A stretch of DNA of 64,000 nt from an uncultured archaeon. GTDB lineage: Archaea > Thermoproteota > Bathyarchaeia > Bathyarchaeales > Bathycorpusculaceae. The stretch lies in contig CAWALK010000001.1 in assembly GCA_963782915.1 (NCBI GenBank), forward strand, positions 128,001 through 192,000. The letters are read 5' to 3'. The position numbers and the translations under genes are program-made. The notes beneath the pieces were generated by a model. The model was given only the letters and a program-made list of their open reading frames with translations, did no database searches and was not told where the DNA came from. This document shows positions 32,829 through 42,609 of the stretch, one piece after another (positions within the stretch are counted from its first letter, which is position 1; each line of letters opens with the position of its first letter).

Positions 32829-33767
32829 CTAGCTTGTTTGGGTTGCATTTACCTCAATGTCAAAGCTATAAGTGAAGCTATAGGTCGGGGTTCCACTGGG
32901 AACATTACTCGATTGGCTTAAAACCACTTGCAAGCCCAAGTACATGTATTGCCCGGGTGTAACTGGGTTTTGATTAGCCACGTTGCCATTTCCATACCAG
33001 TTATTACTGTAAGGGGCATAGGTTGCTGGCGGCATCGGAAAGAATACGAGCCCTATTGAGAGGTTTGACGGTGCGTTGACGTTTTTGAGTGTAGCATTGA
33101 CTGTTATAGCGGTGTCTCCGTCGTTTCTCAGAACCACAACGTTTGTTGTGGGTGCAAACAGGCTCCCGTAATTGGATACTGAATGCCGTATTCCTCCTAT
33201 GTTTAGGTACATTCCACCGTTGACATAGCCCGCGCAGTTTGAGCTGCTATCCGGAAAAGCGGTGCCGTTGGTGAACCACAACGAAAACTTGGGTGCTGCT
33301 GAGGTCTGTGTTGGCGTAACATCTGGTTGGGCAACCGACACTTCAACTAGGCAAGCGATCAGCAATCCCCCAATAACCATCATGTTTACTGCGGATTTTA
33401 ACTTGCCCCCGCTGGCCTTCTTGAGGGCTACTGTAATGGCTGGTAGCAGGATAAACAATGCTAAAACTATGGTTAGCCCTGAAAGTTCAGGTATCTCGGG
33501 GCTGGGTGTTGCGGTTGGGGTTGTTGTTGATGGGGTCATTGTCGGCGTTGGATTTATTGTTGTGAGATCTGGGGTTGGTGTTGACTGAGGCGTTATGGTG
33601 GGAGTTGGAGTTGCCGTTGGCGAAGAAATCGGTGTTAACGTAGCTGGAGTGTAGGTGGCTTCTATGTGAATCCGTTGTGTGCTGGTTGCGGCGGCAAATA
33701 CGCTGGGAATAGCTAAACCCGTGATTAAGATGGTTATTATGAGCAAAAGCTTCTTTTGCACACCCAT
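32829..33767 (-). CDS. Exported membrane protein with TP-rich linker and internal IPE-TM-KK segment
   Basis: Signal peptide, TP repeats, PEIPELS + TM + KK, second hydrophobic segment, Asn/Thr-rich domain. Confidence 0.7.
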   Translation of the reverse strand: MGVQKKLLLIITILITGLAIPSVFAAATSTQRIHIEATYTPATLTPISSPTATPTPTITPQSTPTPDLTTINPTPTMTPSTTTPTATPSPEIPELSGLTIVLALFILLPAITVALKKASGGKLKSAVNMMVIGGLLIACLVEVSVAQPDVTPTQTSAAPKFSLWFTNGTAFPDSSSNCAGYVNGGMYLNIGGIRHSVSNYGSLFAPTTNVVVLRNDGDTAITVNATLKNVNAPSNLSIGLVFFPMPPATYAPYSNNWYGNGNVANQNPVTPGQYMYLGLQVVLSQSSNVPSGTPTYSFTYSFDIEVNATQTS

Positions 33768-33903
33768 TCACCAGCTAAAAAGTCGATAAAGCCTTAGAAG
33801 TGCTTGGGCGATTTAAACTAAATGACAACCTATGGCAGCCTCAAGATAGCCCAAAAATGGCTCAAGGGAACTGTTTTTGCTGCTTCCTGAACTGCCGCGG
33901 TGG

Positions 33904-34158
33904 TTACTTGTATTTAGTTTTAAAGAGTAACATTGTGGCTGCCTGCACGAAAACCAGCGAATTCGCCGCTATAATCGATACATCATTCATGAATACTCCA
34001 TAGACTGCCCATAAAGTAACTGAACCGCATTGGAGCGTGAACATGCCAACTGAGATGTCTTTGGCTGATTTTGTCTTCCAAACCCGCCTCAGCTGAGGTA
34101 GTAGGGCAATTGTGGTTAAGAAGGCAGCAAGTAATCCGATTATTGTGATATATTCCAT
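33904..34158 (-). CDS. SemiSWEET / PQ-loop transporter
   Basis: LTTIALLPQL..VWKTKSAKDIS, WAVYG, IIAAN. Confidence 0.9.
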   Translation of the reverse strand: MEYITIIGLLAAFLTTIALLPQLRRVWKTKSAKDISVGMFTLQCGSVTLWAVYGVFMNDVSIIAANSLVFVQAATMLLFKTKYK

Positions 34159-34405
34159 TTTGAATCAGTCCAATGGACTTTGCACGATTATTTTTGAATC
34201 TTTCGTTGTGGTTCGAAAATAATTGTGGAAAATTAGTATTCTAAACATTTAGGGCTAACTTTAATGGCAAAGTATCGCTCTGTATCGTTAAAAAAGTTAT
34301 TGAAAACAAGGCCTTTCCAGCCGGAGCGTTACAGCGAAAAAATGTGTTACCGCCTCCTTTCGAGAATGCAAAACATTATATGCAAACAGACCCAAAGTGC
34401 TGGGG

Positions 34406-34780
34406 ATGAACCCCGAAGACAATCAAGCACCAAACAGCCATAACGGATTATCAATCGAGGAAATAGAAAAAAGAATAGTCAAAGAGTTCCTTGATATAAT
34501 TATTCTATGTGAATTAAAAGCGCACAGTGAATTGACGGGTTATGATCTTGCACTCATGGAGCATGAGAAATTTGGGATTTCATTGAGTCCAGGCACCGTA
34601 TATGCGACTATGTATAGTATGGAGCGCAAGGGCTTGATTTGTGGGCACTCAAACGCAAAGAAAACAACCTACGTTCTCACCGAAAAGGGTGAAGCCTCTC
34701 TGGGTAACATTGGAAAGTCCAGCGAGCGTCTCGTCGATTTTATGAAATGCATCTTTTCAGTTTTTAACAAGTCATCCTGA
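34406..34780 (+). CDS. PadR-family transcriptional regulator
   Basis: LDIIIL, TGYDL, LSPGTVYATMYSMERKGLI, YVLTEKG. Confidence 0.88.
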   Translation: MNPEDNQAPNSHNGLSIEEIEKRIVKEFLDIIILCELKAHSELTGYDLALMEHEKFGISLSPGTVYATMYSMERKGLICGHSNAKKTTYVLTEKGEASLGNIGKSSERLVDFMKCIFSVFNKSS

Positions 34781-34856
34781 TAATTTTAACCCGTTATGGG
34801 AAACCTTAACGTCAAACTTGGACATAACAGCTGACTTAGTGATGAATTGTACGATT

Positions 34857-34878
34857 AAAAAGGAACCACCCGAAGGTG
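34857..34878 (-). terminator. Hairpin plus T-tract downstream of tRNA-Trp
   Basis: CACC-TTCG-GGTG then GTTCCTTTTT immediately after the CCA end. Confidence 0.5.
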
Positions 34879-35048
34879 TGGTGGGGCCGGCCGGATTTGA
34901 ACCGACGACCTTTACCCAACAGTGGCGCAAGGCCAATGTTTACGGGTTTCTTCATGACCGCTCCAGAGATTCGTCATCCCTTTCGGTCAGCAAACCCATT
35001 AGTTCGCTTTCTGGAGCCCGTCGTCATACCTGTCTAGACTACGACCCC
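34879..35048 (-). tRNA. tRNA-Trp(CCA) with two introns (63 nt at 37/38: 34948-35010; 30 nt at 43/44: 34912-34941)
   Basis: Acceptor stem GGGGTCG/CGGCCCC+ACCA, anticodon arm ACGGG-CTCCAG|A-CCCGT, T arm GTCGG-TTCAAAT-CCGGC; splicing gives a 77-nt cloverleaf. Confidence 0.92.
34948..35010 (-). ncRNA. Intron-encoded C/D box guide RNA of pre-tRNA-Trp
   Basis: ATGGGTTTG-CTGA-CCGAAAGG-GATGAC; guides complementary to AAACCCGT (5th nt upstream of CTGA pairs with C39) and GCTCCAGA. Confidence 0.75.
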
Positions 35049-35140
35049 ACCGTGTCTAGGCGTAATGCATATTGTGAGCGGGCATCAATAAAAATATTTA
35101 TGCCCGAAAAGGTCACTACATACGAGCTTGCCCAATCATG

Positions 35141-36397
35141 CTATAGTTTAGACAAGCGAATCGATAGTAGCGGCACAATCATTTCTTCCGCAGTCATCCC
35201 ACCATGCGCTCCCAACTGCGGGCTCTGCCTATCATCCTCAAAAAAAGGATAATCCAGTAAACTATCACTATTGCTCAAAACGGCAAGGTCACCCAGTTTC
35301 TCCCTAAGCCCCTCATTACTTATTGGCTCCCCAAATATGCCTTCACGGATTAATTGTTCCGTAGAAAAAAGCTTAAAACCAGAGGGTCCCTGCTCGAAAG
35401 CACTTTGAAATTCACTTGTTCGGTTGGGTTTGCAGTACAGGTAAGTTGCTCTGCCATCGCCTACTGGCGGTAATATTAGATGCTGCATTAACTCAGGCAT
35501 ATCTTTTAGGTACAATGGCTGCTTGGCTTCCGAAATGCCATGATCGGAAACTATGACAAGTAGCGTTTCTTCCTTTGTTTGCTCTGGGATATTGTTTATG
35601 AATTCTTTGAGGCTATGTTCGATGGTAGCTATTTCGAAGGTTGTTTCTTTGGAGTACGCTCCATATTTGTGTGCAAGGTTATCTACGCCGCTATAGTAGA
35701 CGACTGATAGGCTTGGGCCTGGTTCCATTAAGGCGGTTATGGTGTGAGTCCACATGTCAGAACTCAAATAGTATGGTATCAGTTTTGTGTCTCGGTGGGT
35801 AATTTGGGATAAGCCGCTGCCTATGATTCTGGCTTGTGTAATGATTTGGGTTTTTACTCCGTTTTGCCCTATGATTGGCAGTAAACGCTGTAGGTTTTGC
35901 GTGTAATCTTTTGCTAACTCAACTTTGGCGCTATAGCCGTATATTGGTTTCATGTCTAGCGTGTTGTAGATTAAGCCATACTTCTTCGAGTACATGTGGT
36001 AGCCGATAATCTGGTGTTGAGCTGGCGATAAACCCGTAAATACGCTAGTTAGGGCGGTTGCGGTGGTTGATGGAAAAACCGTTGTCATAGGTTTTAGGAC
36101 ACCTTTCTCAGTCAACTCAGCAAAAGTCCCACTGCGGTTACCGATATGATGTAGCAGTCGATTATAGCCTAAACCATCAAAAATGACTAAAACAACTTTC
36201 CGTATTCCCTCTAATTCTGCTAAGCAATCTTCTGGGGAAGTGGCGCACTTAAGGTCACCTATACCAAATACAGCGCCGATTTGGGGAAGTATATTCTTCA
36301 GGTTTAGCCCTTCATAGTCGGGGCGAACGAAGTCGCCTGAGAATGTTTGCTGCTTTATGAGATTGAGCGATTGCTCCCTAAAATCGTTGATATTCAA
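35141..36397 (-). CDS. Alkaline phosphatase superfamily (nucleotide pyrophosphatase/phosphodiesterase-like) protein
   Basis: VIFDGLG, TVFPSTTATALTSVFTG, VDNLAHKYG, SDHG, GAHGG; TTG start assumed. Confidence 0.88.
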   Translation of the reverse strand: MNINDFREQSLNLIKQQTFSGDFVRPDYEGLNLKNILPQIGAVFGIGDLKCATSPEDCLAELEGIRKVVLVIFDGLGYNRLLHHIGNRSGTFAELTEKGVLKPMTTVFPSTTATALTSVFTGLSPAQHQIIGYHMYSKKYGLIYNTLDMKPIYGYSAKVELAKDYTQNLQRLLPIIGQNGVKTQIITQARIIGSGLSQITHRDTKLIPYYLSSDMWTHTITALMEPGPSLSVVYYSGVDNLAHKYGAYSKETTFEIATIEHSLKEFINNIPEQTKEETLLVIVSDHGISEAKQPLYLKDMPELMQHLILPPVGDGRATYLYCKPNRTSEFQSAFEQGPSGFKLFSTEQLIREGIFGEPISNEGLREKLGDLAVLSNSDSLLDYPFFEDDRQSPQLGAHGGMTAEEMIVPLLSIRLSKL

Positions 36398-36620
36398 GAA
36401 AATCCCTTCTAATAGAGCTGATACCACCTGGAAATTAGCGTAGTTTTATGGTATCTAAAAAATCAACAGTTGACAGTCCTATTTTAAGCTGAGCTGAGTT
36501 CAGATGTTTCTAAGGTTTTAACAGTTTGCTCGTTAGAGAGTAATTTGTCTAAGTCTGTAGAATCGTTTGAAAAGTCTGCGATTAGATTTTTAAAAAAATT
36601 AAAAGGGTTAAAACTGGTTT

Positions 36621-37751
36621 TTACCAGTTGAAGAACCATGTTCGCATGTTGAAGAAGTTCCAGTTGAACATTCCCCACCAGTTGTATCGGTGTATGTATG
36701 TCGGTGCTGGGCTTGTTGGCTCTGTTGGTGCTTGGGTTGGTGTTGTTGTTTGTGTAGGTGCTGGAGTTTGAGTTGGGTCGGTTGTTGGGTTAGACGGTGT
36801 AGCTGGTGCAGATGGAATTGTTGGTGCTGTTGGTATCTGGGTTGGTGTAGTTGTTGGTTCTGGGGTTGGGTCTGCTGTTGGGGTTGGTGTTGGTACTACG
36901 GTTGGAGTTGGTGTTTGTGTTGGTGTTACGGTTGGGGTTGGTGTTATGATTGGTGTTGGAGTAGGGGTTGCTGTTGGGGTAGGTGTTGGAACGACTGTTG
37001 GTGTTGGAGTTGCGACTGGTGTTGGAGTTGGTGTTACTGTTGGGGCTGGTGTTCCGACGCCATTGCTTGAAACTACTACGTTGGAGATTTTCCAGTTGAT
37101 GTCTGCTTGGTGGTTGCAGGTAACGTCAAAGACGATTTGTCCTACGTGTCCAAGGGTAACTCCCCAGTTTCGCATGTCTACTTCATAGTGTTGGGTGCTT
37201 CCGTCGCTTGGGCCAACCATTATGTTCCATGCGCCGTCAGGAGACTTTATTGTTCCAACGCCGTATGTCACTTTAGCTGGCTGGTTGTATGTTTGTGCGA
37301 AGTATGTGTCTGCTACTTCTTCGCCGTAGCCTGGGTTCCATCCGCTGGTTGTATCAACTAAGCCAACGTGGATTTGCATAACTTTGTCTGCCCAAATGTC
37401 AAAGCTCAGTATTGGAGTGCTTTGTAGGTTCCATCCGCCGCCTTGTGCGTCCCATTCGCAGTATCCTCTAAAGATTTCTGCAGGAAGTCTGCAGTTGTCT
37501 ACGTTCGTTACGCCGCTAGCGCTAACGCCTGATTCAGTGTGGGATATGGCATAGGGGCCCATGTCTCCAGTGTTGTAGTGGGCTTGGCATATCCATGCAC
37601 CACCTGCTAAACTCCCAGTTGCAGCTGCTGCTGGTTGTGCTATCATTGCTATCATGCTGATGATGAATAATGCGCTGATTGCTATTCCAAGGGGTTTAGA
37701 GATTTTTTTTAGCTGTAGTGAGTGAAGTTTTCCAAAGATTCTTGTATTCAC
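36621..37751 (-). CDS. Secreted protein with long Pro/Thr-rich linker and Trp/Phe-rich C-terminus
   Basis: Signal peptide AQPAAA, globular domain, ~120-aa PT repeats, tail YNWWGMFNWNFFNMRTWFFNW. Confidence 0.8.
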   Translation of the reverse strand: MNTRIFGKLHSLQLKKISKPLGIAISALFIISMIAMIAQPAAAATGSLAGGAWICQAHYNTGDMGPYAISHTESGVSASGVTNVDNCRLPAEIFRGYCEWDAQGGGWNLQSTPILSFDIWADKVMQIHVGLVDTTSGWNPGYGEEVADTYFAQTYNQPAKVTYGVGTIKSPDGAWNIMVGPSDGSTQHYEVDMRNWGVTLGHVGQIVFDVTCNHQADINWKISNVVVSSNGVGTPAPTVTPTPTPVATPTPTVVPTPTPTATPTPTPIITPTPTVTPTQTPTPTVVPTPTPTADPTPEPTTTPTQIPTAPTIPSAPATPSNPTTDPTQTPAPTQTTTPTQAPTEPTSPAPTYIHRYNWWGMFNWNFFNMRTWFFNW

Positions 37752-38355
37752 TTTTTTCTCTCTTCCTGAATTTTCTTTAGTTTCCTATCGGTAGAATCAA
37801 TTTTATTCGTTTTTGAAAAATGCAGTGCGCTATCTTGTCAAGTCGAGTGCTTGGTCTATTATTTTATGCGAAGTAGACTTAACAAACTTGGCGAACATCA
37901 ACTATACCCCGACAAGGGCAGAACAAACGAATAATCACTCATTAATAGCAAAAAAGTGCGCGTAATGTTTGTTATAGCACCAAAATCGAGCTAAACCGTG
38001 ATATAAACCGAGGTTCTACACGCAAATATTTTCCTGCAAACGGATCATTTCTCGAAACTTGACAAAATAGCCGTTACATAATCTTTCTTCCCAGCAATTC
38101 AATAATGCACCCAAATTGCCCGTTGTGATGATAGACCTCATGCGGCTTCCACATAAGGTTAATCCGGCCCAAAACAAGGGGAGAGCGGTATCAACTAAGA
38201 GGCGTGTTGTTACCAATTAGCTTACTCAAAGTCATTGACTAAACCTCTGCAAACGTACACTTATATCAAGCAGTACTCAACAAACGTTGCTAACACACAA
38301 CGCCGATTCAATGGTTGCACGCTGCTTTGGCCTCTTCAAACTGCAACTGCCCAGT

Positions 38356-38398
38356 CTATAAATAAGGGAGGGGGTAGGTGGGCAGAGCAACAAAGCTC
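38356..38398 (+). repeat. Module A variant of the intergenic repeat
   Basis: CTATAAATAAGGGAGGGGGTAGGTG is identical to the first 25 nt of the 41470-41509 copy. Confidence 0.8.
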
Positions 38399-38625
38399 AC
38401 ACACCATCGCTTTAGCCAAGGTGAGGTCTTCTGTGAGGGGTCACGCGGTCTTCAACACGGTCCATATACGGTTACTGGTGTCCCGCCGCATATGCAACCG
38501 AAATAACGCTCAAAACCATCCTTCACATTTGCATCCAATGTCCAAAAGCACCATACAAACGGTTGTTTCCAAGAATTGGTTCAGCTAAAAACATAACGCT
38601 TATATGGAATAGATTAACAGTAGAG

Positions 38626-38753
38626 GTAGGTTTGCCGGTCAAAGGGCACGGGTTCCACCTGATCCCATACCGAACTCAGAAGTTAAACCGTGTTCCGTTC
38701 CCAGCTGTAGTGTGGTCTTAGGCCACGTGAACCTGGGAAAGCTGGCAGCCTAC
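38626..38753 (+). rRNA. rrf: 5S rRNA (stand-alone)
   Basis: Terminal helix TTGCCGG/CTGGCAG, CCTGATCCCATACCGAACTCAGAAGTTAA motif; TTATAT box ~25 nt upstream. Confidence 0.95.
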
Positions 38754-38821
38754 TTCTTTAAGTCAATTCTTACTCAGATTTGGCATATCCTTATAAATGA
38801 CTTTCAATAGTTTTTGGAGAA

Positions 38822-39943
38822 GTGGTGTTTACATTGAGCTTGATTCCAGGAACAGACTCTATAAGCCAAATAATCAGCTTACTAACCTATGCATTCTTCA
38901 TAGTGTTCATCTTCTACGGCCAACGCATACAGATGTATATCATGGTCCGAGAAGTAGAAAACTCTCTACATAAACTACGGATCATAAAAGACGAGGGCAG
39001 AAAAACTGCTATAGAAGCCATAAAAGAAATCGGCAAACCAACCGCAGACCCCTCCGTACGCGTCGACCGCTATCTAGATTACTTTACAATCGGGCCCCAA
39101 GGCATGGATCCACAGGGCATAGTCTACAAACTAGACCACATTCTAGATACAAGAGATGAACGTCTAAAAGAAGAAATAAAATTAATGGCGCCATCAGTGG
39201 CAGGCAACGATGTCCAAGTTAATAACTTGGAAAATACACTCGAAGCCGCAATGGCGCTCAACTACATCTACAAAGTGGTACGTCACTACTACATCCAAGG
39301 CAAGAAAACTTTGAGCCTCTACGTAATCATGCAGTTGCAAATGATTTTGCCCATGGTTATGAAGGAAGCAGAAGCCTATGGCAGCGCACTCAAAGCTTTC
39401 TCCTATGGTCAACCCATCGGAGACAGTGTTGGGCCACTCATAGCCTCAAAGATGATGCATGGATACGAAGTCCGCAAGGTACCAAAAGACTGCGTCGTAG
39501 CTTCAGTTCCATTCGAAGGACGCACCGCACTTATCCTCAAAGCTGAGGGTCCAGGCGGAAACGTCGGCAAACCAGGAGACGCCATCGAAGCAGTCATCGA
39601 AGAACAACAAGGCAAAATCGCCTGCTTAATCATGATTGACGCAGGACTCAAATTAGAAGGCGAATTAGTCGGTGAAGTCTCAGAAGGCATCGGCTCAGCA
39701 ATCGGCGGACCAGGCGTAGACGCATACAAAATAGAAGAGAAAATCACCAAATACAAAATACGCAACTATGCAGTCATCGTCAAAGAAGACATCGGCGACG
39801 CAGTTTCACCAATGCGCAAAGAAATCAACGATGCAGTCGACAAAGTCATCGAACGCGTCAGAGACGTCGTGAAGGAACGCACCAAAGAAGGCGACACAGT
39901 GCTAATCGTCGGAGTCGGCAACAGCATCGGAGTGGGACAATAA
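38822..39943 (+). CDS. DUF1512 family protein
   Basis: N-terminal TM, GQPIGDSVGPL, KAEGPGGNVG, IDAGLKLEGE, GVGNSIGVGQ. Confidence 0.88.
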   Translation: MVFTLSLIPGTDSISQIISLLTYAFFIVFIFYGQRIQMYIMVREVENSLHKLRIIKDEGRKTAIEAIKEIGKPTADPSVRVDRYLDYFTIGPQGMDPQGIVYKLDHILDTRDERLKEEIKLMAPSVAGNDVQVNNLENTLEAAMALNYIYKVVRHYYIQGKKTLSLYVIMQLQMILPMVMKEAEAYGSALKAFSYGQPIGDSVGPLIASKMMHGYEVRKVPKDCVVASVPFEGRTALILKAEGPGGNVGKPGDAIEAVIEEQQGKIACLIMIDAGLKLEGELVGEVSEGIGSAIGGPGVDAYKIEEKITKYKIRNYAVIVKEDIGDAVSPMRKEINDAVDKVIERVRDVVKERTKEGDTVLIVGVGNSIGVGQ

Positions 39944-39958
39944 ATGAGGTTACACAAA

Positions 39959-40384
39959 ATGGCTCAACAACAAACCAAAACATCCGCAAGCAACAAAATC
40001 AGCACATACCTAAATCTCATAGTGCTCGTGGTATTGGCGCTCTCAGTGGTATCACTGGTCGTAGCAGTCGACACTTACCTGGCAAACGACCTTATAGCCG
40101 CGGGTTTATTCGCGGGTATAGGCGCCATCGCCATGGCAATGAGTATATTCCTGCTCTACCAATCAAGGAGGCAAGCAACAGAAGTGAAACTTGACATACC
40201 CAAAGTAATGACCACCATCGAATGCCAAAACAAAGGATGCGCAAACAAAACAATACGGGAATTCCAACGCGGCGACTATGTATTCAAAGATGTCGATGTT
40301 GCATGCGGTAAATGCGGCGGCAAACAGATGGTAACAGCCATCTACAAAGAAGTTAAAGAAAAAGAAAAAACCTATGCCGTTTAG
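39959..40384 (+). CDS. Membrane protein with C-terminal Zn ribbon
   Basis: 2 TM segments, TTIEC..C...REFQRGDYVFK...CGKC; follows DUF1512. Confidence 0.8.
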   Translation: MAQQQTKTSASNKISTYLNLIVLVVLALSVVSLVVAVDTYLANDLIAAGLFAGIGAIAMAMSIFLLYQSRRQATEVKLDIPKVMTTIECQNKGCANKTIREFQRGDYVFKDVDVACGKCGGKQMVTAIYKEVKEKEKTYAV

Positions 40385-40385
40385 G

Positions 40386-41288
40386 CTAGGTTAAAACTTC
40401 ACAACCATTTTCTTTTATTAGTAACGTATGCTCGACTTGAGCTACGGGTTTTTTGCTTACTTCAACAAAAACTGGGTAAGCCATTATCGATTTTGTTTTT
40501 AGCAGTTCCTTAAAAGCTGCACTATGTTGTTCTATTGGTAAGACGCCGATTGTCCATCGTTCCGCGAATGGTAATGTGCGGAAGTTGGTTTCGATGTATT
40601 TGGCAAGTTTTTTGGCTGAATCGGTCTTTAATGACTTAGCTTTTAGGAGGCGGTAGATGGTGCATTGTGTGGTGTCATCAACCATGCCAATTGCGTTTGG
40701 CAATGTAACGAAGGGTTCGACTGCGTAGACTCCGCCGGTTTCCACTTTGTGTGGGTTGAATCCTGAAACGCTGGGGATCGAGGTTCCGGCGTGGATGAGG
40801 TATCTGCCGACGCTGTGTCCGGTGAGGTTGCTAATCGGTTTGAATCCGCGGTTTTTTATGGTTTTTTCTACCAATGCGCCGATGTCGCCTACTTGCATGT
40901 CGCCATGGATATTGTCGATGACTGTTTTAAGCGCTAATTCAGCTGTGGCCGTCATGGCTTTTCCTTCTGGATTAAACGGTGCAGTGAATGCTGTGTCGGT
41001 GACGTATCCGTCAACTTGTACGCCGATGTCAACTTTAACGGTTGAACCAGCTGGAATAGTGGATTTGTCGCCCGGAACCGCGGTGTAGTGTGCGGTGACT
41101 TCATCGATGCTCACGTTAACGGGAAACGCGGGTTTGCCGCCTTTTGCTCGGATGAGTCCCTCAGCTTTCTCGCAAACATCGATTATCTGCATGTTTTCTT
41201 TAACGTAGCTGCGCATTTCCTCGCGTGTTTCACGCAGGATTTTGCCTGATAAATGGAATTTTTCGAGTTCTTCTTTATCGTATGGCAT
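40386..41288 (-). CDS. map: Methionine aminopeptidase type II
   Basis: AFPVNVS..AHYT, KVDIGVQVDGYVTDTA, NLTGH, IHAG, AVEPF, QVEHT. Confidence 0.96.
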   Translation of the reverse strand: MPYDKEELEKFHLSGKILRETREEMRSYVKENMQIIDVCEKAEGLIRAKGGKPAFPVNVSIDEVTAHYTAVPGDKSTIPAGSTVKVDIGVQVDGYVTDTAFTAPFNPEGKAMTATAELALKTVIDNIHGDMQVGDIGALVEKTIKNRGFKPISNLTGHSVGRYLIHAGTSIPSVSGFNPHKVETGGVYAVEPFVTLPNAIGMVDDTTQCTIYRLLKAKSLKTDSAKKLAKYIETNFRTLPFAERWTIGVLPIEQHSAAFKELLKTKSIMAYPVFVEVSKKPVAQVEHTLLIKENGCEVLT

Positions 41289-41365
41289 TGTGTGTTCACT
41301 GTTGATAGTTTGGTTAATGCTCTGGATGCTTAAATGCATAACCACAAACTTGTTTGGGTCGGTTG

Positions 41366-41812
41366 CTTTTTTTATTATTGGTTGTTGCTGTGGACCCCTC
41401 TTATTTCACCATCAACAAGTGGGTTTGACTGGCGGCTGTATTTTGATATCTGCGTCTGTGTGGGTGGACCTACCTACCTCAGAGCACCTACCCCCTCCCT
41501 TATTTATAGGCTCAACAACTGTATGAATGAGCCAGCTTAAGGGCGGCATTTGTCATTTGGCGGCTGCGGGGTTTATGCGGTTGCAGGCTAATTTGAGGGG
41601 TTCATAGACAACTGCACCGAGACCCCTGCGATTCCGTGTACCAGCAGATGCTTATTGCTCTGCCAACATACCCCCCACATGTAGTCGATAGAATTGGTTT
41701 GTTGCTTGTTTTTCTATAGTTGTTCTTGCCGAAAACCGCCTATACACAACAACCAACAGGCTTGTGAAGAACGTGGCGTTTTGCGTTTGGTTTGGGTTGC
41801 TGGCTGGTTGTG
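41366..41812 (-). repeat. Composite intergenic repeat cluster (modules C-B-A-D on the minus strand)
   Basis: A at 41470-41509 (38/40 to 2521-2560), B at ~41685-41757, C at ~41778-41810, D at 41366-41416. Confidence 0.85.
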
Positions 41813-41930
41813 CAAACAGCCACAAGCTCTGCCACCAGAAATTTTGATCGAATAGTTATTTTCAGCAGATTAGTCGCATTTTGGGTATGTTTAAAAATTG
41901 CTCTTAGCTTTTTATTTAGGTTGATTTTTA

Positions 41931-42602
41931 ATGGAAAAAATGAAGCGGGCTGTAAAGATCACCGCAGTTTTCCTTGCCATAATGCTTGTTGTGCTAATTT
42001 TCGTAGTTCTCCTATTTGTAAATCCACCGCCCAAAACGCTCTACCCAGGGGAAGTTCGCAATTACCAAGGAGGTAACCTTTCCTCTATCGCTGATGTCCA
42101 AGAAAACGCCATCAAAGGCACCCAGTACCTAAACAACTCTAACTATCGCCTGCAAATAACGGGGCTCGTAAACAAAACCGTAGAGTATACTTATGATGAA
42201 ATTGTGAATGGCTTCCAGAAATACCAAAAAGTCGTAACCCTCTATTGCGTTGAGGGCTGGAGCGCAAAAATCCTCTGGGAAGGCTTCCTCGTAACTGATT
42301 TAATCAAAGAAGCGGGGGTAAACTCCAGCGCTGTTGGCGTGATTTTTTATGCATCTGATGGCTACTCAACCGCGTTGCCCCTTAGTTACATCTCAAACAG
42401 TAGCATTATAATCGCTTACAAAATGAATGGGTTAGTCATGCCAGTTGACCGGGGTTACCCCTTCGAGTTAGTGGCAGAGAGCCAATACGGCTACAAATGG
42501 ATCAAGTGGATAACAAAAATCGAGTTAACCGACAACCCCAACTATCTGGGTTACTGGGAAAGCCGAGGTTTACCCAACAATGCAACCCTTCGAAATCCAT
42601 AA
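41931..42602 (+). CDS. Molybdopterin-dependent oxidoreductase (sulfite oxidase/MsrP-like)
   Basis: N-terminal TM; LYCVEGWS, DGYSTAL, GYPFELV..YGYKWIKWI, GYWESRG. Confidence 0.88.
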   Translation: MEKMKRAVKITAVFLAIMLVVLIFVVLLFVNPPPKTLYPGEVRNYQGGNLSSIADVQENAIKGTQYLNNSNYRLQITGLVNKTVEYTYDEIVNGFQKYQKVVTLYCVEGWSAKILWEGFLVTDLIKEAGVNSSAVGVIFYASDGYSTALPLSYISNSSIIIAYKMNGLVMPVDRGYPFELVAESQYGYKWIKWITKIELTDNPNYLGYWESRGLPNNATLRNP

Positions 42603-42609
42603 GCTGCCT

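Noticed and set aside
34818-35252. 144-aa plus-strand ORF
   Set aside because: It is the antisense translation of tRNA-Trp (VVGPAGFEPTT is the typical shadow) and overlaps the end of the phosphatase gene
36690-37188. Cys/Trp-rich and Gly/Val-rich ORFs and an apparent tandem repeat array
   Set aside because: Antisense shadows of the Pro/Thr linker codons; not CRISPR and not separate genes
38626-38753. Unlinked 5S rRNA as a novelty
   Set aside because: Stand-alone 5S genes are normal in TACK archaea
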